DNA of 64,000 nt from assembly GCA_004431415.1 (NCBI GenBank), contig QPMI01000127.1:242415-306414 (forward strand), read 5' to 3'. The DNA comes from Cyanophora paradoxa CCMP329. Taxonomy: Eukaryota; Plantae; Glaucophyta. The notes under the pieces are model-generated. The model did no database searches, was not told the origin of the DNA, and saw only the letters and a list, made by a program, of their open reading frames with translations. Of this stretch, positions 9,257 through 19,193 are shown in pieces; the stretch's first letter is position 1, and each line of letters begins with the position of its first letter. The translations under genes and the position numbers were made by a program.

Positions 9257-11116
9257 TCACGCGTTCACAGACCGGTTTATCACGTCCTGGATCGTGAGCT
9301 GCTTCGGGGCGGGGGCGGGGGCGCGGGGGCGGGGGCGGACGCGCTCGTGCTCCTGGGGCGCGTTCGCCGCCTGGTGCAGCGAGGTCGCCGGGTTCGCCGT
9401 CGCCGTCGGGTGGTTGTGGATCACCACCTGCGGCTGCTGCGAACCCGCCGGGGCGGCGGGCGCCGAGGCCCCGGCCCGCACCAGGTCCGCCCAGGGTGCG
9501 TCGGGGCGCGCCTGCAGCCACCGGTCCAGCGCGGCCGCCTGGCGCCGCTTCTGCTCCTCGTTCGACGAGCGCCCGATCTTGCGCCGGATCTGCTGCTCCT
9601 GCAGCTCCGCGGCCGCCGCGTCCCGCCGCTTCACCGCGGCCTCATGGTCCAGCGTCGCCACCTCCACCTTGGCCCGGGCGCCCATCACATCCCCCCTGGC
9701 GCCCAGAAGGCGCTCCATGTACGTCGCGGCCGCCGAGGACAGCTCGAAGCGCGCGCCGCTGAGCTGGCCCCGCAGGTACATCATGGCAAGCTCGTCCTCC
9801 GTCACCTTAGCAGGCTCGAGCGTCCTCTCCGCGCCCGCGGCGGCCTGGGCGACCGCCGACGGCCGGGGGAGCTCGCCGCGGGCGCGCGCCGCCTCGACGG
9901 CCCGAGAAAAGTCCGTGACCGCCCGCCGCCCCGCAACGATGTCGTCGATGAGCGACGCGTCCGAGCCCAGCAGCCTCAGGAGGTTCGGCACGGCGTACTG
10001 CCGCCGGAACTGCTTGGCGCGCGACCCCGGGTGCACGCTCAGCAGCTGGAGGAACTGGTAGGTCGTCAGGACCGGCGAGGGCTTGCCGGGGCCGAACTGG
10101 AACGTGTCGAGCTGGGGCACCAGGCCGCCCGCCTGCGAACGACGAAGGTCAGATGACAAACAGGCTAAGTATGTCAAGGCGTAAATGACATGTACTAAGT
10201 TATATTCGGGGATTTCCCGATTATTCGAATGTGCCGTGTGCTCTAACCTACATGTGTGCTAACTAACCGGTGAAAAATCACCGGTTAATTAGTACATATG
10301 TGAGTTGAGAGGCGAGTGTGTACGTCGGATGTCAAATAGACTAAGTATTTTCGGGGAAAATCCCGAAAATTCGAATGTGCTATGTGCTAACTAACGCCCC
10401 GGGAAAAGTGCGTTAGTTAGCACTCTCGCGAACCAGGCCTCGGCGGGCCATTTTCGGGCTTATCCGACACCGGTTAATTAGTAGATAAGTGGGTCGGGGG
10501 GCAAGTGTATTGAGGTGGATGCTGACCTCAATACATTCAACACATGAGAAAACGTGAAAAACTCAAACGTACTAAGTAATAAGCGGGAAATCCCCGATTA
10601 TTCGAATGGGCTAAGTATATTCACGGAAAAGCGTGAATATTCAAATGTGCTATGTAATGTGCGCAAGAGGTTTGAAAGTACTAAGTAATACATCACATTT
10701 TTGTGATGTATTACTTAGCACTCACGCACCTGGAGCCTGGTGAGAGAAGCCGCCCCGTAGTGTAAATCCTCGTCGCTCCAGGCCTTGCCCTCCGAGGGCT
10801 CCCGGCCGCCGTCGCACATCGCGCTGGCCTCCGAGGCGCGGTAGAGCACGACGCCGTCGACCTCGATCGAGTTGACCTTCGAGGCCAGCTCGCGCTGCAG
10901 GGTGAGCGCGACGTCCACGGAGAGCGGCGGGCCCTGGGCGGACTCCTGTACCCCCTCGGCCGTCGGTTGGTCCTCGGGCTGCCGGGCGGCGGGGCGGCGG
11001 GCCCGGCGGACCACGCGCTTCCCCTCGGCCCGCGCGCGGTGTGCCGTGCACAGGCCGCCTTCCCCCTGCCGCTGCTTGTTGGTGCACCCCTCTTCGGCGC
11101 ACGGGAAGTTCGCCAT
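9257..11116 (-). CDS. Two-exon Bro-N/KilA-like DNA-binding protein (~420 aa); exons 11116-10730 and 10132-9257
   Basis: Donor CAG|GTGCGT at 10729, branch CTGAC and acceptor TTCGCAG| at 10133, phase 0 joins both ORFs in frame; SIEVDGVVLYRASE..DTFQFGPGKPSPVL..HPGSRAKQFRR..LRLLGSDASLIDDI resembles the algal-virus Bro-N-like family (recalled pattern). Confidence 0.72.
10133..10729 (-). repeat. 597-nt AT-rich spliceosomal intron holding nine copies of a degenerate 16-bp repeat and palindromic spacers
   Basis: Repeat (plus strand ~TTCGAATGTRCTAAGT) at 10155, 10185, 10224, 10331, 10370, 10562, 10601, 10640, 10671; hairpins at 10264-10287, 10384-10423, 10506-10535, 10617-10640, 10681-10718. Confidence 0.85.
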
Positions 11117-11135
11117 GCTGTCTCGGATCGGGCTA

Positions 11136-11378
11136 CTAGGTTTGATGTATGACGGGCAAAGGATTCGGGGCGGCTCGAACGCGCTCGTCCGCTGAAGGGT
11201 CGACGGGGTCCCCGCGGTGTCGGATTGTCACGTGATGGGGGCCGTTCGCCCGCGCCGCGCGCGGTTCGCCCGGGTCAGGTTCCGGTCCGCGGCCCAGAAA
11301 CCGCTCCAGTACGAGGTACAGGCCCAGCGCGGTCAAGTAGGCCACCGCGTGCTCCATAACTACCTCCCTCGCGGTCAT
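11136..11378 (-). CDS. Small membrane-anchored protein
   Basis: 80 aa with N-terminal hydrophobic segment AVAYLTALGLYLVL. Confidence 0.55.
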   Translation of the reverse strand: MTAREVVMEHAVAYLTALGLYLVLERFLGRGPEPDPGEPRAARANGPHHVTIRHRGDPVDPSADERVRAAPNPLPVIHQT

Positions 11379-11404
11379 TTTTTAACGGCCCCCGCTTTCA
11401 AAGT

Positions 11405-12076
11405 ATGACAAGGGACCTCGTGATCGTACTGATACTGGGGATCGTCTACGCAGGCCTCATCTACCACAAAAACTACATGGCCGAAGCAGCTCGCCGAAGG
11501 GCCGTTCCCCCACAGACGCGTCTGCGCATCATGGGTGCTCTCCTGTCTATCGTGTCCAGGGCGGGGGTGGCCTCGAATACAAAGCCGTTTATCGTCTACG
11601 GAACGCTGCTCGGGTTTGTGCGCTCCCAGAACTTCATTTGCTACGACTTCGACATCGACATGGGCGTGGACAGCACCGAGTATGCTCGCTTGAAGGCAGC
11701 GGTCGTCCAGGAATTGAAAGGATTCCCCGACTACTCGCTGGAGGACAAGGATGCCCTTGGGTACCTAGCATTCAAGATCGTGCACACGCCGACAGAAGTC
11801 TCGGGTGACGTCTTCGCCTTCCATACCAGCGGAGGGACTGTGTCGAGAAGCGTGCCTTCTCTCTACAGCACGCTCTACCTGAACGAGTGCACAGCTAACT
11901 ACCCGACAGAATGGATCTACCCGCTGAAACCGGTGTGGTTTCAGGGCACCCCCACATACGCGCCGAACAACCCGTCCTGTCTGCTGCGATGCTACTACGG
12001 GGATGACTTCATGACGCCCGACCACACATGCGACAGCGAGTGCAACAGGTGTGTGAAAACGACATTGCGCCATTGA
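11405..12076 (+). CDS. licD: LicD-family nucleotidyl/phosphotransferase with N-terminal anchor
   Basis: YGTLLGFVRSQNFICYDFDIDMG, IYPLK..F.G, APNNP..LL..YYGDDFMTP. Confidence 0.88.
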   Translation: MTRDLVIVLILGIVYAGLIYHKNYMAEAARRRAVPPQTRLRIMGALLSIVSRAGVASNTKPFIVYGTLLGFVRSQNFICYDFDIDMGVDSTEYARLKAAVVQELKGFPDYSLEDKDALGYLAFKIVHTPTEVSGDVFAFHTSGGTVSRSVPSLYSTLYLNECTANYPTEWIYPLKPVWFQGTPTYAPNNPSCLLRCYYGDDFMTPDHTCDSECNRCVKTTLRH

Positions 12077-12080
12077 GGGC

Positions 12081-12398
12081 TCACATCCTCCCCCTCACCA
12101 CCGTGACGGCGGCGACGCCCGCAACCGCCGCGGCCAGCCCGTACGCCCAGTAATTGGCGGCGGGCCTCTGCGGGGCTGCAGGGGTCGCGGCGGGCTGCGG
12201 GCTCTTGTGTCCCTCCAGTGCCCTCAGGGCCTCCTGGATCTGGGCGCCGCTTCTGGTGATTGTCCCCTCAAGGGCTGCCGTGCTGGCGCGCAGGGCCGAG
12301 AGGGCGGCCTCGGCCTCATCCATTCGCCGCAGAAGTCGGGCCATGGCGGCCGTCGCCCCCTCGAGGGGCGGTCGCCCTACGACCCTCCCATTGTCCAT
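12081..12398 (-). CDS. Coiled-coil, tail-anchored membrane protein
   Basis: ATG 12398; heptad-like helix then C-terminal YWAYGLAAAVAGVAAVTVV. Confidence 0.65.
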   Translation of the reverse strand: MDNGRVVGRPPLEGATAAMARLLRRMDEAEAALSALRASTAALEGTITRSGAQIQEALRALEGHKSPQPAATPAAPQRPAANYWAYGLAAAVAGVAAVTVVRGRM

Positions 12399-12421
12399 CG
12401 CCTTACATTCGGCCCAGATAT

Positions 12422-13179
12422 CTACGCGTGCCGGAACTGGAGCTTGTGTGCCAGGGGCCGCCGCCTCCGGTCGAACTCGACCCGCAGCGGCGCCGCCCGG
12501 GCCCGCACCCCGTCCGCCTCCTCCCACCGGTACGCGCTGTCCTCGAGCACGATGCACCACGCGGGGTCGCGCGCGCACGCCTCGATCTCCTCGGCGAACT
12601 CGGGCCCGGGGATCTCGTCGCGCGCGAGGACGTTGCCCGCGCCGTCGAGGGCAAAGCACGGCAGGCCTCTCTCCAGCGGGACGAACTCGCCCCCCTCGAT
12701 CCGCTGCTCGTACACGCGCCGCTCGCCGGTGCGCTCGTTCCGCAGCTCGACCCGGCCCGCGACGTCCATCTCCTCCTCCACGAACGCGAGCGCCATCTCA
12801 ACGGAGGGCCCGAAGATTGGGCACCCCGCCGCAAACGCGCTCATCTCCGGCGGCGCCGCGAGATCCGCCCTCGGCTCCTGGTGGGTCGTCTCGAGCCGGA
12901 GCTCCGCCAGCGCCGCTGCAGCCGGAGGCGTGTGCTCTTCGGGATGGTGACGAGTCCCCTCTCGTACCTGATCCCCATGCTCTCGAAGCTCGGCCAGCGG
13001 GGCCCCCCCGGCCACGCGCGTGCCTGCCCCGCCTTCCACCCCGGCGGCACGGCGCTGATGTAGTCGTCGAACACTTTCGCCCTCGGGCGCCCCACCCGGG
13101 CGACGTGCATCGTCTTCGCCCCGCCCGACCGGTCCGCGCGGCGGTAGAGCGAGTCCTGCTCGGACTGGGAGTACCGCAT
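12422..13179 (-). CDS. Hypothetical protein, one apparent frameshift in the C run ~13005
   Basis: ORFs 12841-13179 and 12422-13039 join at the homopolymer into one protein-like frame. Confidence 0.6.
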
Positions 13180-13226
13180 CGTTACAATGGGCGCATGGAA
13201 AAGATCGCGCCCTCTACCGAGATACG

Positions 13227-13646
13227 ATGCGGCACCAATCGCTCATGGTCGGTTTCGCGGCCGCCGCCCTTCTGTACCTGGTGTACACGGGGCGGGCCCG
13301 CAAGGCCGCCCTTGCCTTCCGCCGCGCCGTCCTCGGCGAGAGCCTCCCGCCGGCCCACACGCTCGACGTGGACCGCACGCCCGTCCTTGAGGACACCGGC
13401 GCCGCCCCCGGGGCGCCGCCCGACGCCGGCCGCCGCGAGGGCACGGTCGCCCCCGCGCGCCAGGAGGCCCCGCCCCCCGTCGCGCCCTACATGGGCTCGC
13501 TCGGCGCGCCCATCCCGCCGCGGACCGTCGTTCCTTACTCGACCGGCTCCGAGATCGGGGTGTACGCGCCGCCCACGCTGCTCACCTCGCCCGCCGCCGC
13601 CGACTACGCCTTCGCCCCCGTCGCCGGCCCCCGCCCGACGTACTGA
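13227..13646 (+). CDS. Membrane-anchored Pro/Ala-rich protein
   Basis: N-terminal LMVGFAAAALLYLVY, GC3 bias. Confidence 0.65.
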   Translation: MRHQSLMVGFAAAALLYLVYTGRARKAALAFRRAVLGESLPPAHTLDVDRTPVLEDTGAAPGAPPDAGRREGTVAPARQEAPPPVAPYMGSLGAPIPPRTVVPYSTGSEIGVYAPPTLLTSPAAADYAFAPVAGPRPTY

Positions 13647-13694
13647 TTCGTGTATCGTGTGAAATATCTAAATCTCAATTAATACCCGCTTACG

Positions 13695-14012
13695 ATGCCG
13701 CCAGCGGGCTACAAGCTGGTGGGCGAGGTGCATACCGAGACCGGCTTGCTCGTAATCGGGCCCCCGGAGGCCATCTTCAAGCAGAGGAGGGGGGAGGAGG
13801 AAGGGACGCTGCGCGCGATCCGGTACGACGATTTCGTCGACGCAATCGGCGGCGACCCGCACCTGCAGCTGCACGATGGGATCCGCGGAACCAGGAGGAC
13901 CTACCCTTTCGCCGTGGCGGTGGGGACGGGGGCGGACGGGTCGTCCAAGGTCTACCTGAAGAGGGACAAGAACGGCAACCCCCAACGGATCCTCATCGAC
14001 CTGGATGGGTAG
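13695..14012 (+). CDS. Hypothetical protein
   Basis: 105-aa ORF with globular composition after an AT-rich spacer. Confidence 0.65.
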   Translation: MPPAGYKLVGEVHTETGLLVIGPPEAIFKQRRGEEEGTLRAIRYDDFVDAIGGDPHLQLHDGIRGTRRTYPFAVAVGTGADGSSKVYLKRDKNGNPQRILIDLDG

Positions 14013-14112
14013 GTTTACCACGGGGCCAGCAATCCCAGATCTCGGCCACCTTGAGTTTGTTCCATTGGTACCCGAGCACGAGATTGGTACCGTGCACGAA
14101 AACAATAAGAAC

Positions 14113-14196
14113 GAGCACCGGTTGGGTTCGAACCAACGTCCTCGAGGTCTCCCCGCGGCGTATGAGCCTCGCACGCTACCGCTGCGCCACGGTGCT
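14113..14196 (-). tRNA. tRNA-Met(CAT) with 12-nt intron (14149-14160)
   Basis: AGCACCG/CGGTGCT acceptor, GCGC/GCGT D stem, CGAGG-CTCATA[CGCCGCGGGGAG]A-CCTCG anticodon arm, GTTGG-TTCGAAC-CCAAC T arm, downstream T4 tract. Confidence 0.88.
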
Positions 14197-14634
14197 TCGC
14201 GTGTACCGGAGCGACGCGCCCAGCTCCCGCGCCTTGGCGATCGCGTCCTCGAGCGCGTCCCCGAGGACGTCCAGCACCGCCCAGGGGAACCACGCCTTGC
14301 CCCCCTCCGAGCGGCGTACCAGGGCCATCACCTTGTCGAGCATCTGGGAGGCGATCAACTCCTCGTTTTCGACCGTCTCGCCCATCAGCTTGAGCAGATT
14401 CGCCCGGTCCTCGTGGAACCCCGCGCCTGCCAGCGCCTTCATGGCCCCGATCCACGCCTTGTTCGCTTTCGACACCGCCGCCCCCAGCTCTGCCCTCTTG
14501 CGCGGCAGCTCGGTCTTCATGTACTCGTCGTAGAGCCTTGCCTTCTCCCTCTCGCTCAGCGGGCGGTCCCAGGGGTTCATGTCGCGCTCAACCTTTCCCG
14601 ATAAAGTTTCGGCGCCACCAGTGGAACATACCAT
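14176..14634 (-). CDS. Hypothetical helical protein (start 14634 or 14580); last codons overlap the tRNA
   Basis: 152-aa ORF; stop TAG lies in the tRNA D arm. Confidence 0.65.
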   Translation of the reverse strand: MVCSTGGAETLSGKVERDMNPWDRPLSEREKARLYDEYMKTELPRKRAELGAAVSKANKAWIGAMKALAGAGFHEDRANLLKLMGETVENEELIASQMLDKVMALVRRSEGGKAWFPWAVLDVLGDALEDAIAKARELGASLRYTRSTVAQR

Positions 14635-14636
14635 CC

Positions 14637-17600
14637 ATGTCTGGGGATGCCGCCGTCTTCACGAGCGTCCGCGCCGAGTCCGTCGTGGCCGACCAGTTCG
14701 TCGGGTCCGGCGCCGCCCTGACGGGCGTGCTCAAGGTCGGGGGCGCCGCCGCCGACCTCGCCGGCCGCCCCCTCGAGGTCTCCTCCCTGGACGCGCGCTC
14801 CGTCGCCGCCTCCTCGTACTCCGGCGACGGCTCCGGCCTGCGCAACCTCGCGGCCGCGCTGAGGGGCGCGGAGCTCGACGTCGCCTCGGTCCGCGGCTGC
14901 GGCGCGAACCTCACGGGGGTCGTCACCCCCGCGAACCTCGGCATGCACCTCGCCGGCACCAACCTCGCGGTCGCCTCCCTGAGCGCCTCGGGCCCCGTCG
15001 CGGCCAAGGCCTTCTACGGCGACGGTTCCGGCCTGACCGGGGTCGTCACCGCGGCCGCGCTCGGCGGCCTCATCGAGGGCCAGGCCATTGCACCCGAGCT
15101 CGTCGAGGCGAGCGTCGTGCGCGCCGGCGAGGTCCACGTCTCCGGCGCGCTCACCGGCGACGGCTCGGCGCTCACCGGCGTCCTGAGGCCCCGGGACCTT
15201 GCCGACGGCTCGATGTCGGCGCATGTCGGCGAGCTCTCCGCGCGCAACGTGCGCGCGGAGCGGTTCGAGGGCGACGGCTCGCAACTGGGCGGCGTCGTGA
15301 CCCCCGCTTCGCTCCCCGCGACCCTCGCCGACCTCGACGCCGCCGTCCGCTCCCTGGACGCCGCCGGCGCCGTCCGGGCGGCGCGCTTCGAGGGCGACGG
15401 CTCGGCCCTCGCGGGGGTGCTGACGCGGGAGCGCGTCGAGGAGGGGCGCGCCCTCGCGGACGCCGCCGTCGCCGTCGGCCGCCTCAACGCCGCGGGGGCC
15501 GTTCAGGCGGACGTGTTCTACGGGAACGGCGCCTTCCTGGAGGGAGTCGTCACCCCCGTGTCGCTGCCGATGCACCTGGAGGACCGGGACGTCGCCGTCG
15601 CCTCCCTGAGCGCGCGCGCCGCCGTCGTGGCCGCCCAGTTCCACGGCGACGGCGGCGCCCTCTCCAACGTGCTCCACCCCGGGGGCGCCGCCGCCGACCT
15701 GGCGGGTTCGACATTGTCCTGCGCATCCCTTGCGGCCGATCGCGTCGTGGCCGGCTCCCTCGCCGGCGACGGCGCCGCCATCACGGGGGTCGTCCACCCC
15801 TCGGAGGTCACCGCGATCCTGGCGGAGACCCCGGGGCCCCTCTTCCTGCCTTCCGTCCAGTGCCCGACCCTCGACGTCCATGAGGTCGAGGCGGGGTGCG
15901 TGAAGGCCGGGTTCGTCCGGGCCACCCTCGCCGGTGACGGCGCCGGGATCGACAACGTGCTCCACCCTGGCGACGCGGTCTTCGAAGTCGAGCGCACGGA
16001 GGAGCTGCTCGTGAAATCCCTCCGATCCGCCGGCTCCGTATCCGCCGCCCGCTTCTTCGGCGACGGCTCCTGCCTCGACGGCGTCGTGTCGCCCGGCGCC
16101 CTCCCCGAGCTCGTCGACAGCGGCGCCCTCGCGGGCTGCCACCTCAGGGTCGCCTCCGTCTCGGGCGACGGCTCGGGGCTGGCGAACGTCGCCAAGCCGG
16201 CGGACATCGAGCGCGCCCTCGCCTCCGGCGCCGTCGCCGCCTCCTTCGCGGACGCGAGCGTCGTGGGCGACGTGCGCGTCGGGGGAAGCCTGCAGGCCCA
16301 CGGCAGGGTGTGCGCCTCCGTCTTCGAGGGGGACGGCTCCCATCTCGCCGGCGTCCTGAGGCCCGGCGACGCCGCCGCCGACATCGAGGCCCGCAGCGTC
16401 TCCCTGGCCGGCCTCTTCGTGGCGGGCGACGCGGCCGTCTCCGGGACCCTCCGCGCCGATGGGACCGCCCTCTCCAACGTGCTCCACCCGGGCGACGCCG
16501 TCTCCGAGGTCGCCCACGCCCCCGTCGTCGAGGTCCAATCCCTCCGCTGCGCGGGTCGCCTAGAGTCCGCTGCCTTCGCGGGAGACGGCTCCGGTCTCTC
16601 GGGCGTCCTCCGCCCCGGCGACGCCCTCGCCGAGGTCGCCTCCGCCCCCTCTGTCGCTGCGCGCTCCCTCGAGGTCGAGGGCGCCGTCGTGGCCGGCCGC
16701 TTCATCGGCGACGGGAGCGCCCTCGCCAACGTGCTCCACCCCGACGAGCTCCTCGCCGGGCTGCGCCACGCAGACGTGTGCGCCGCGACGCTTGCCGTCG
16801 ACGGCGTCGCGCGCGCCGCCCGCTTCCAGGGCGACGGCTCGGGCCTCGGCGGCGTCATGCGCCCCGTCGACCTCCTCCCGGCGCTCGCCTCGTCCGACGT
16901 GCTGTGCCGCTCCCTCACCTCGAAGGGCGCCATCTCGGCCCCCTCGTTCCTCGGCGACGGGTCCACCCTCCGCGGCGTCCTTCCCTCGGAGCAGCTCCTC
17001 CCGACCCTCGCGGAATCCGACATCCTGTGCCGGTCGCTGACCTCCCGCACCGTCCTCAACGCCAACTCCTTCCGGGGCGACGGCAGCGGCCTCGGCGGCG
17101 TCACCACCCCGCGCACCATCGAGGCCGACCTCGCGGGCCGCGCCCCCCGCGGCCTCGCGGCGCTCTCCGTCGACGGGCCCGTGACGGCCTCCGCGTTCCG
17201 AGGCGACGGCTCCGACCTCACCGGCGTCGCAAAGCCCGCCGAGGTCGTCGGCCTCCTCGCAGGCCAGGAGGTCTCGTGCACCCGCGTCAACTGTAACACG
17301 GTCTCGGCCAACGAGTTCATTGGGGACGGCTCCAGGCTCTCCGGCGTCGTCTCGGCCAACTCCCTCCTCCCGCAGCTCGCGGGCCGGGACGTGACCGTCG
17401 CCTCCCTCGAGGCCCAGGGCGCCGTCCGCGCCGCGTACTTCGTCGGGTCCGGGGCGCGCCTCGCCGGCGTCGTCACGTCCACGGGGCTCCTCCCCGCGCT
17501 CGCGGCCTCCACCGTCGACGTCGAGGCCCTCAGCGCCCGCGGCGAGATCCGCGCCGCCTCCTTCGTGGGCGACGGCAGCCGCCTCGAGGGCGTGCGCTCC

Positions 17601-19193
17601 ACGGCCGATCTCGCGGACCTCGCCAACCGCGACGTCACCGTCACCTCCCTGACCTCGCGCGGCATCGTGGCCGCCCCGGCCTTCGTCGGGTCCGGCGCCT
17701 CCCTCAAGGACGTCGCCGCTGCGCTCAAGGGCACGGACCTGGGCGTCCGTGAGGTGACCGCCACGGGCCTCGTCTCCGCCGCCGGCTTCGTGGGCGACGG
17801 CTCCCTGCTCACCAACGTCCACGCCTACCTCCACACCGGCGACCTCGTCGACCGCGACGTTCAGGTCCAGGCCCTCGAGGCCACCCGCGAGATCAACGCC
17901 CCCGTCGTGGCCGCCGGGCGATTCGTCGGCGACGGCGGCTCCCTCGAGAACGTCGTCACCCCTTCGAACCTCGCCGAAAGCGTGGCGGGTAGCCGCCTCG
18001 CCCCGGCGACGGTCGACGCCGAGGTCGTCCGCGCCATCCGCTTCGAGGGGGACGGCTCGGCCCTGTCGGGTATTCTCACGCCCCTCACCCTCGCCCCCTC
18101 GATCGCCGCCCTGCCCGCCGTCAAGGTCCAGGGCGAGCTCGAGGCCGCGCGCTTCCGCGGCGATGGCAGCGGCCTCGCGGGCGTCCTCAAGCCCACCGAG
18201 CTGCTTCCCTCCCTCGTCGGCAAGTACGTCGCGTGCGACAGCATCGCCGCCGACGGCACCGTCGCCGCCTCGAGGTTCGTCGGCAACGGATCGGCCCTCA
18301 CCGGCGTCCTCCGCCGCGGCGACGCCCTCGCCGAGGTCCAGGGCGCCGCCCTCGCGCCGGCCTCCGTCTCGTGCACCGGGCCCGTCGCGGCGGCCTCGTT
18401 CCAGGGCGACGGGCGCGAGCTGGCCGGCGTGCTCAAGCCGGGCGACGCCGCCTCCGACCTCGCCAGCCGCCCCATCCGCCCCTCGGCGGTCGAGTGCGAG
18501 GGCGCGATCCGCGCCGGCGCCGGGTTCTTCGGCAACGGCGCCGGCCTCTCCAATGTGGAGGGCGCCCTCGCCGGCAGGCCGATCCTCCCCTCCTCCGTCG
18601 ACTGCGAGGGGGTCGTGCGCGCCAAGGCCTTCGAGGGCGACGGGTCCCGCCTCACGGGCATCTGTGCCCCGGAGACGCTGGCGACCGCGATCGCCGGCAG
18701 GGACGTCTCCCTCGGTTCCGTGCGCGCAACCGAGGTGTCCGTCGCGGGCAGGGTCTCCGGCGACGGATCCGGCCTCACCGGAGTCACCCGACCCGACACC
18801 CTCGCCGCCGACCTCGCGACCCTCGAGCACGCCGAGGTCCGCTCCGTCAAGGTCTCGGGCATGCTTGCGGTCGGTGCCTCCGCGCGCGTGCAGCAGGGCT
18901 GGTACTCCGTCGCGCCATCCCTCGACTCGGCGCCCTGCTTCTCGCTCCAGGGGTGCGGCAGCGGCTGGGTCACCGTCGAGGTCGGGTGCGGCTGGCGCGG
19001 CATGTGGGCCGTCCTCACGGGCCCCGGCGGCGCCCTCGCCGCCCAGCCCATCTGCCTCCTGCCTGGCGGCCCCGAGATCCGGTACGCTTGGACATCCCCC
19101 TCCACCCCTGGCGCGGAGTTCCACGCCATGTGCCCCGCCGGCACCCCTACCCCGCTCGCCGTCACGTACATCGGAACGCACAGGCTTGTTTAG
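14637..19193 (+). CDS. Long fibre/adhesin-like protein, ~34 F-x-G-D-G-S-x-L-x-G-V repeats, 1518 aa
   Basis: ATG 14637; ~40-aa repeat unit counted by eye; non-repetitive C-terminal ~100 aa; motif typical of viral fibre proteins. Confidence 0.85.
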   Translation: MSGDAAVFTSVRAESVVADQFVGSGAALTGVLKVGGAAADLAGRPLEVSSLDARSVAASSYSGDGSGLRNLAAALRGAELDVASVRGCGANLTGVVTPANLGMHLAGTNLAVASLSASGPVAAKAFYGDGSGLTGVVTAAALGGLIEGQAIAPELVEASVVRAGEVHVSGALTGDGSALTGVLRPRDLADGSMSAHVGELSARNVRAERFEGDGSQLGGVVTPASLPATLADLDAAVRSLDAAGAVRAARFEGDGSALAGVLTRERVEEGRALADAAVAVGRLNAAGAVQADVFYGNGAFLEGVVTPVSLPMHLEDRDVAVASLSARAAVVAAQFHGDGGALSNVLHPGGAAADLAGSTLSCASLAADRVVAGSLAGDGAAITGVVHPSEVTAILAETPGPLFLPSVQCPTLDVHEVEAGCVKAGFVRATLAGDGAGIDNVLHPGDAVFEVERTEELLVKSLRSAGSVSAARFFGDGSCLDGVVSPGALPELVDSGALAGCHLRVASVSGDGSGLANVAKPADIERALASGAVAASFADASVVGDVRVGGSLQAHGRVCASVFEGDGSHLAGVLRPGDAAADIEARSVSLAGLFVAGDAAVSGTLRADGTALSNVLHPGDAVSEVAHAPVVEVQSLRCAGRLESAAFAGDGSGLSGVLRPGDALAEVASAPSVAARSLEVEGAVVAGRFIGDGSALANVLHPDELLAGLRHADVCAATLAVDGVARAARFQGDGSGLGGVMRPVDLLPALASSDVLCRSLTSKGAISAPSFLGDGSTLRGVLPSEQLLPTLAESDILCRSLTSRTVLNANSFRGDGSGLGGVTTPRTIEADLAGRAPRGLAALSVDGPVTASAFRGDGSDLTGVAKPAEVVGLLAGQEVSCTRVNCNTVSANEFIGDGSRLSGVVSANSLLPQLAGRDVTVASLEAQGAVRAAYFVGSGARLAGVVTSTGLLPALAASTVDVEALSARGEIRAASFVGDGSRLEGVRSTADLADLANRDVTVTSLTSRGIVAAPAFVGSGASLKDVAAALKGTDLGVREVTATGLVSAAGFVGDGSLLTNVHAYLHTGDLVDRDVQVQALEATREINAPVVAAGRFVGDGGSLENVVTPSNLAESVAGSRLAPATVDAEVVRAIRFEGDGSALSGILTPLTLAPSIAALPAVKVQGELEAARFRGDGSGLAGVLKPTELLPSLVGKYVACDSIAADGTVAASRFVGNGSALTGVLRRGDALAEVQGAALAPASVSCTGPVAAASFQGDGRELAGVLKPGDAASDLASRPIRPSAVECEGAIRAGAGFFGNGAGLSNVEGALAGRPILPSSVDCEGVVRAKAFEGDGSRLTGICAPETLATAIAGRDVSLGSVRATEVSVAGRVSGDGSGLTGVTRPDTLAADLATLEHAEVRSVKVSGMLAVGASARVQQGWYSVAPSLDSAPCFSLQGCGSGWVTVEVGCGWRGMWAVLTGPGGALAAQPICLLPGGPEIRYAWTSPSTPGAEFHAMCPAGTPTPLAVTYIGTHRLV

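Noticed and set aside
10155-10690. CRISPR array
   Set aside because: Repeats are only 16 bp and degenerate, spacers are palindromic and related to each other, no cas genes, eukaryotic context; reported as a different kind of array
14577-19181. Long minus-strand and alternate-frame ORFs (653, 765, 873 aa and others)
   Set aside because: Shadows of the GC3-rich fibre gene; stop codons are depleted in GC-rich DNA
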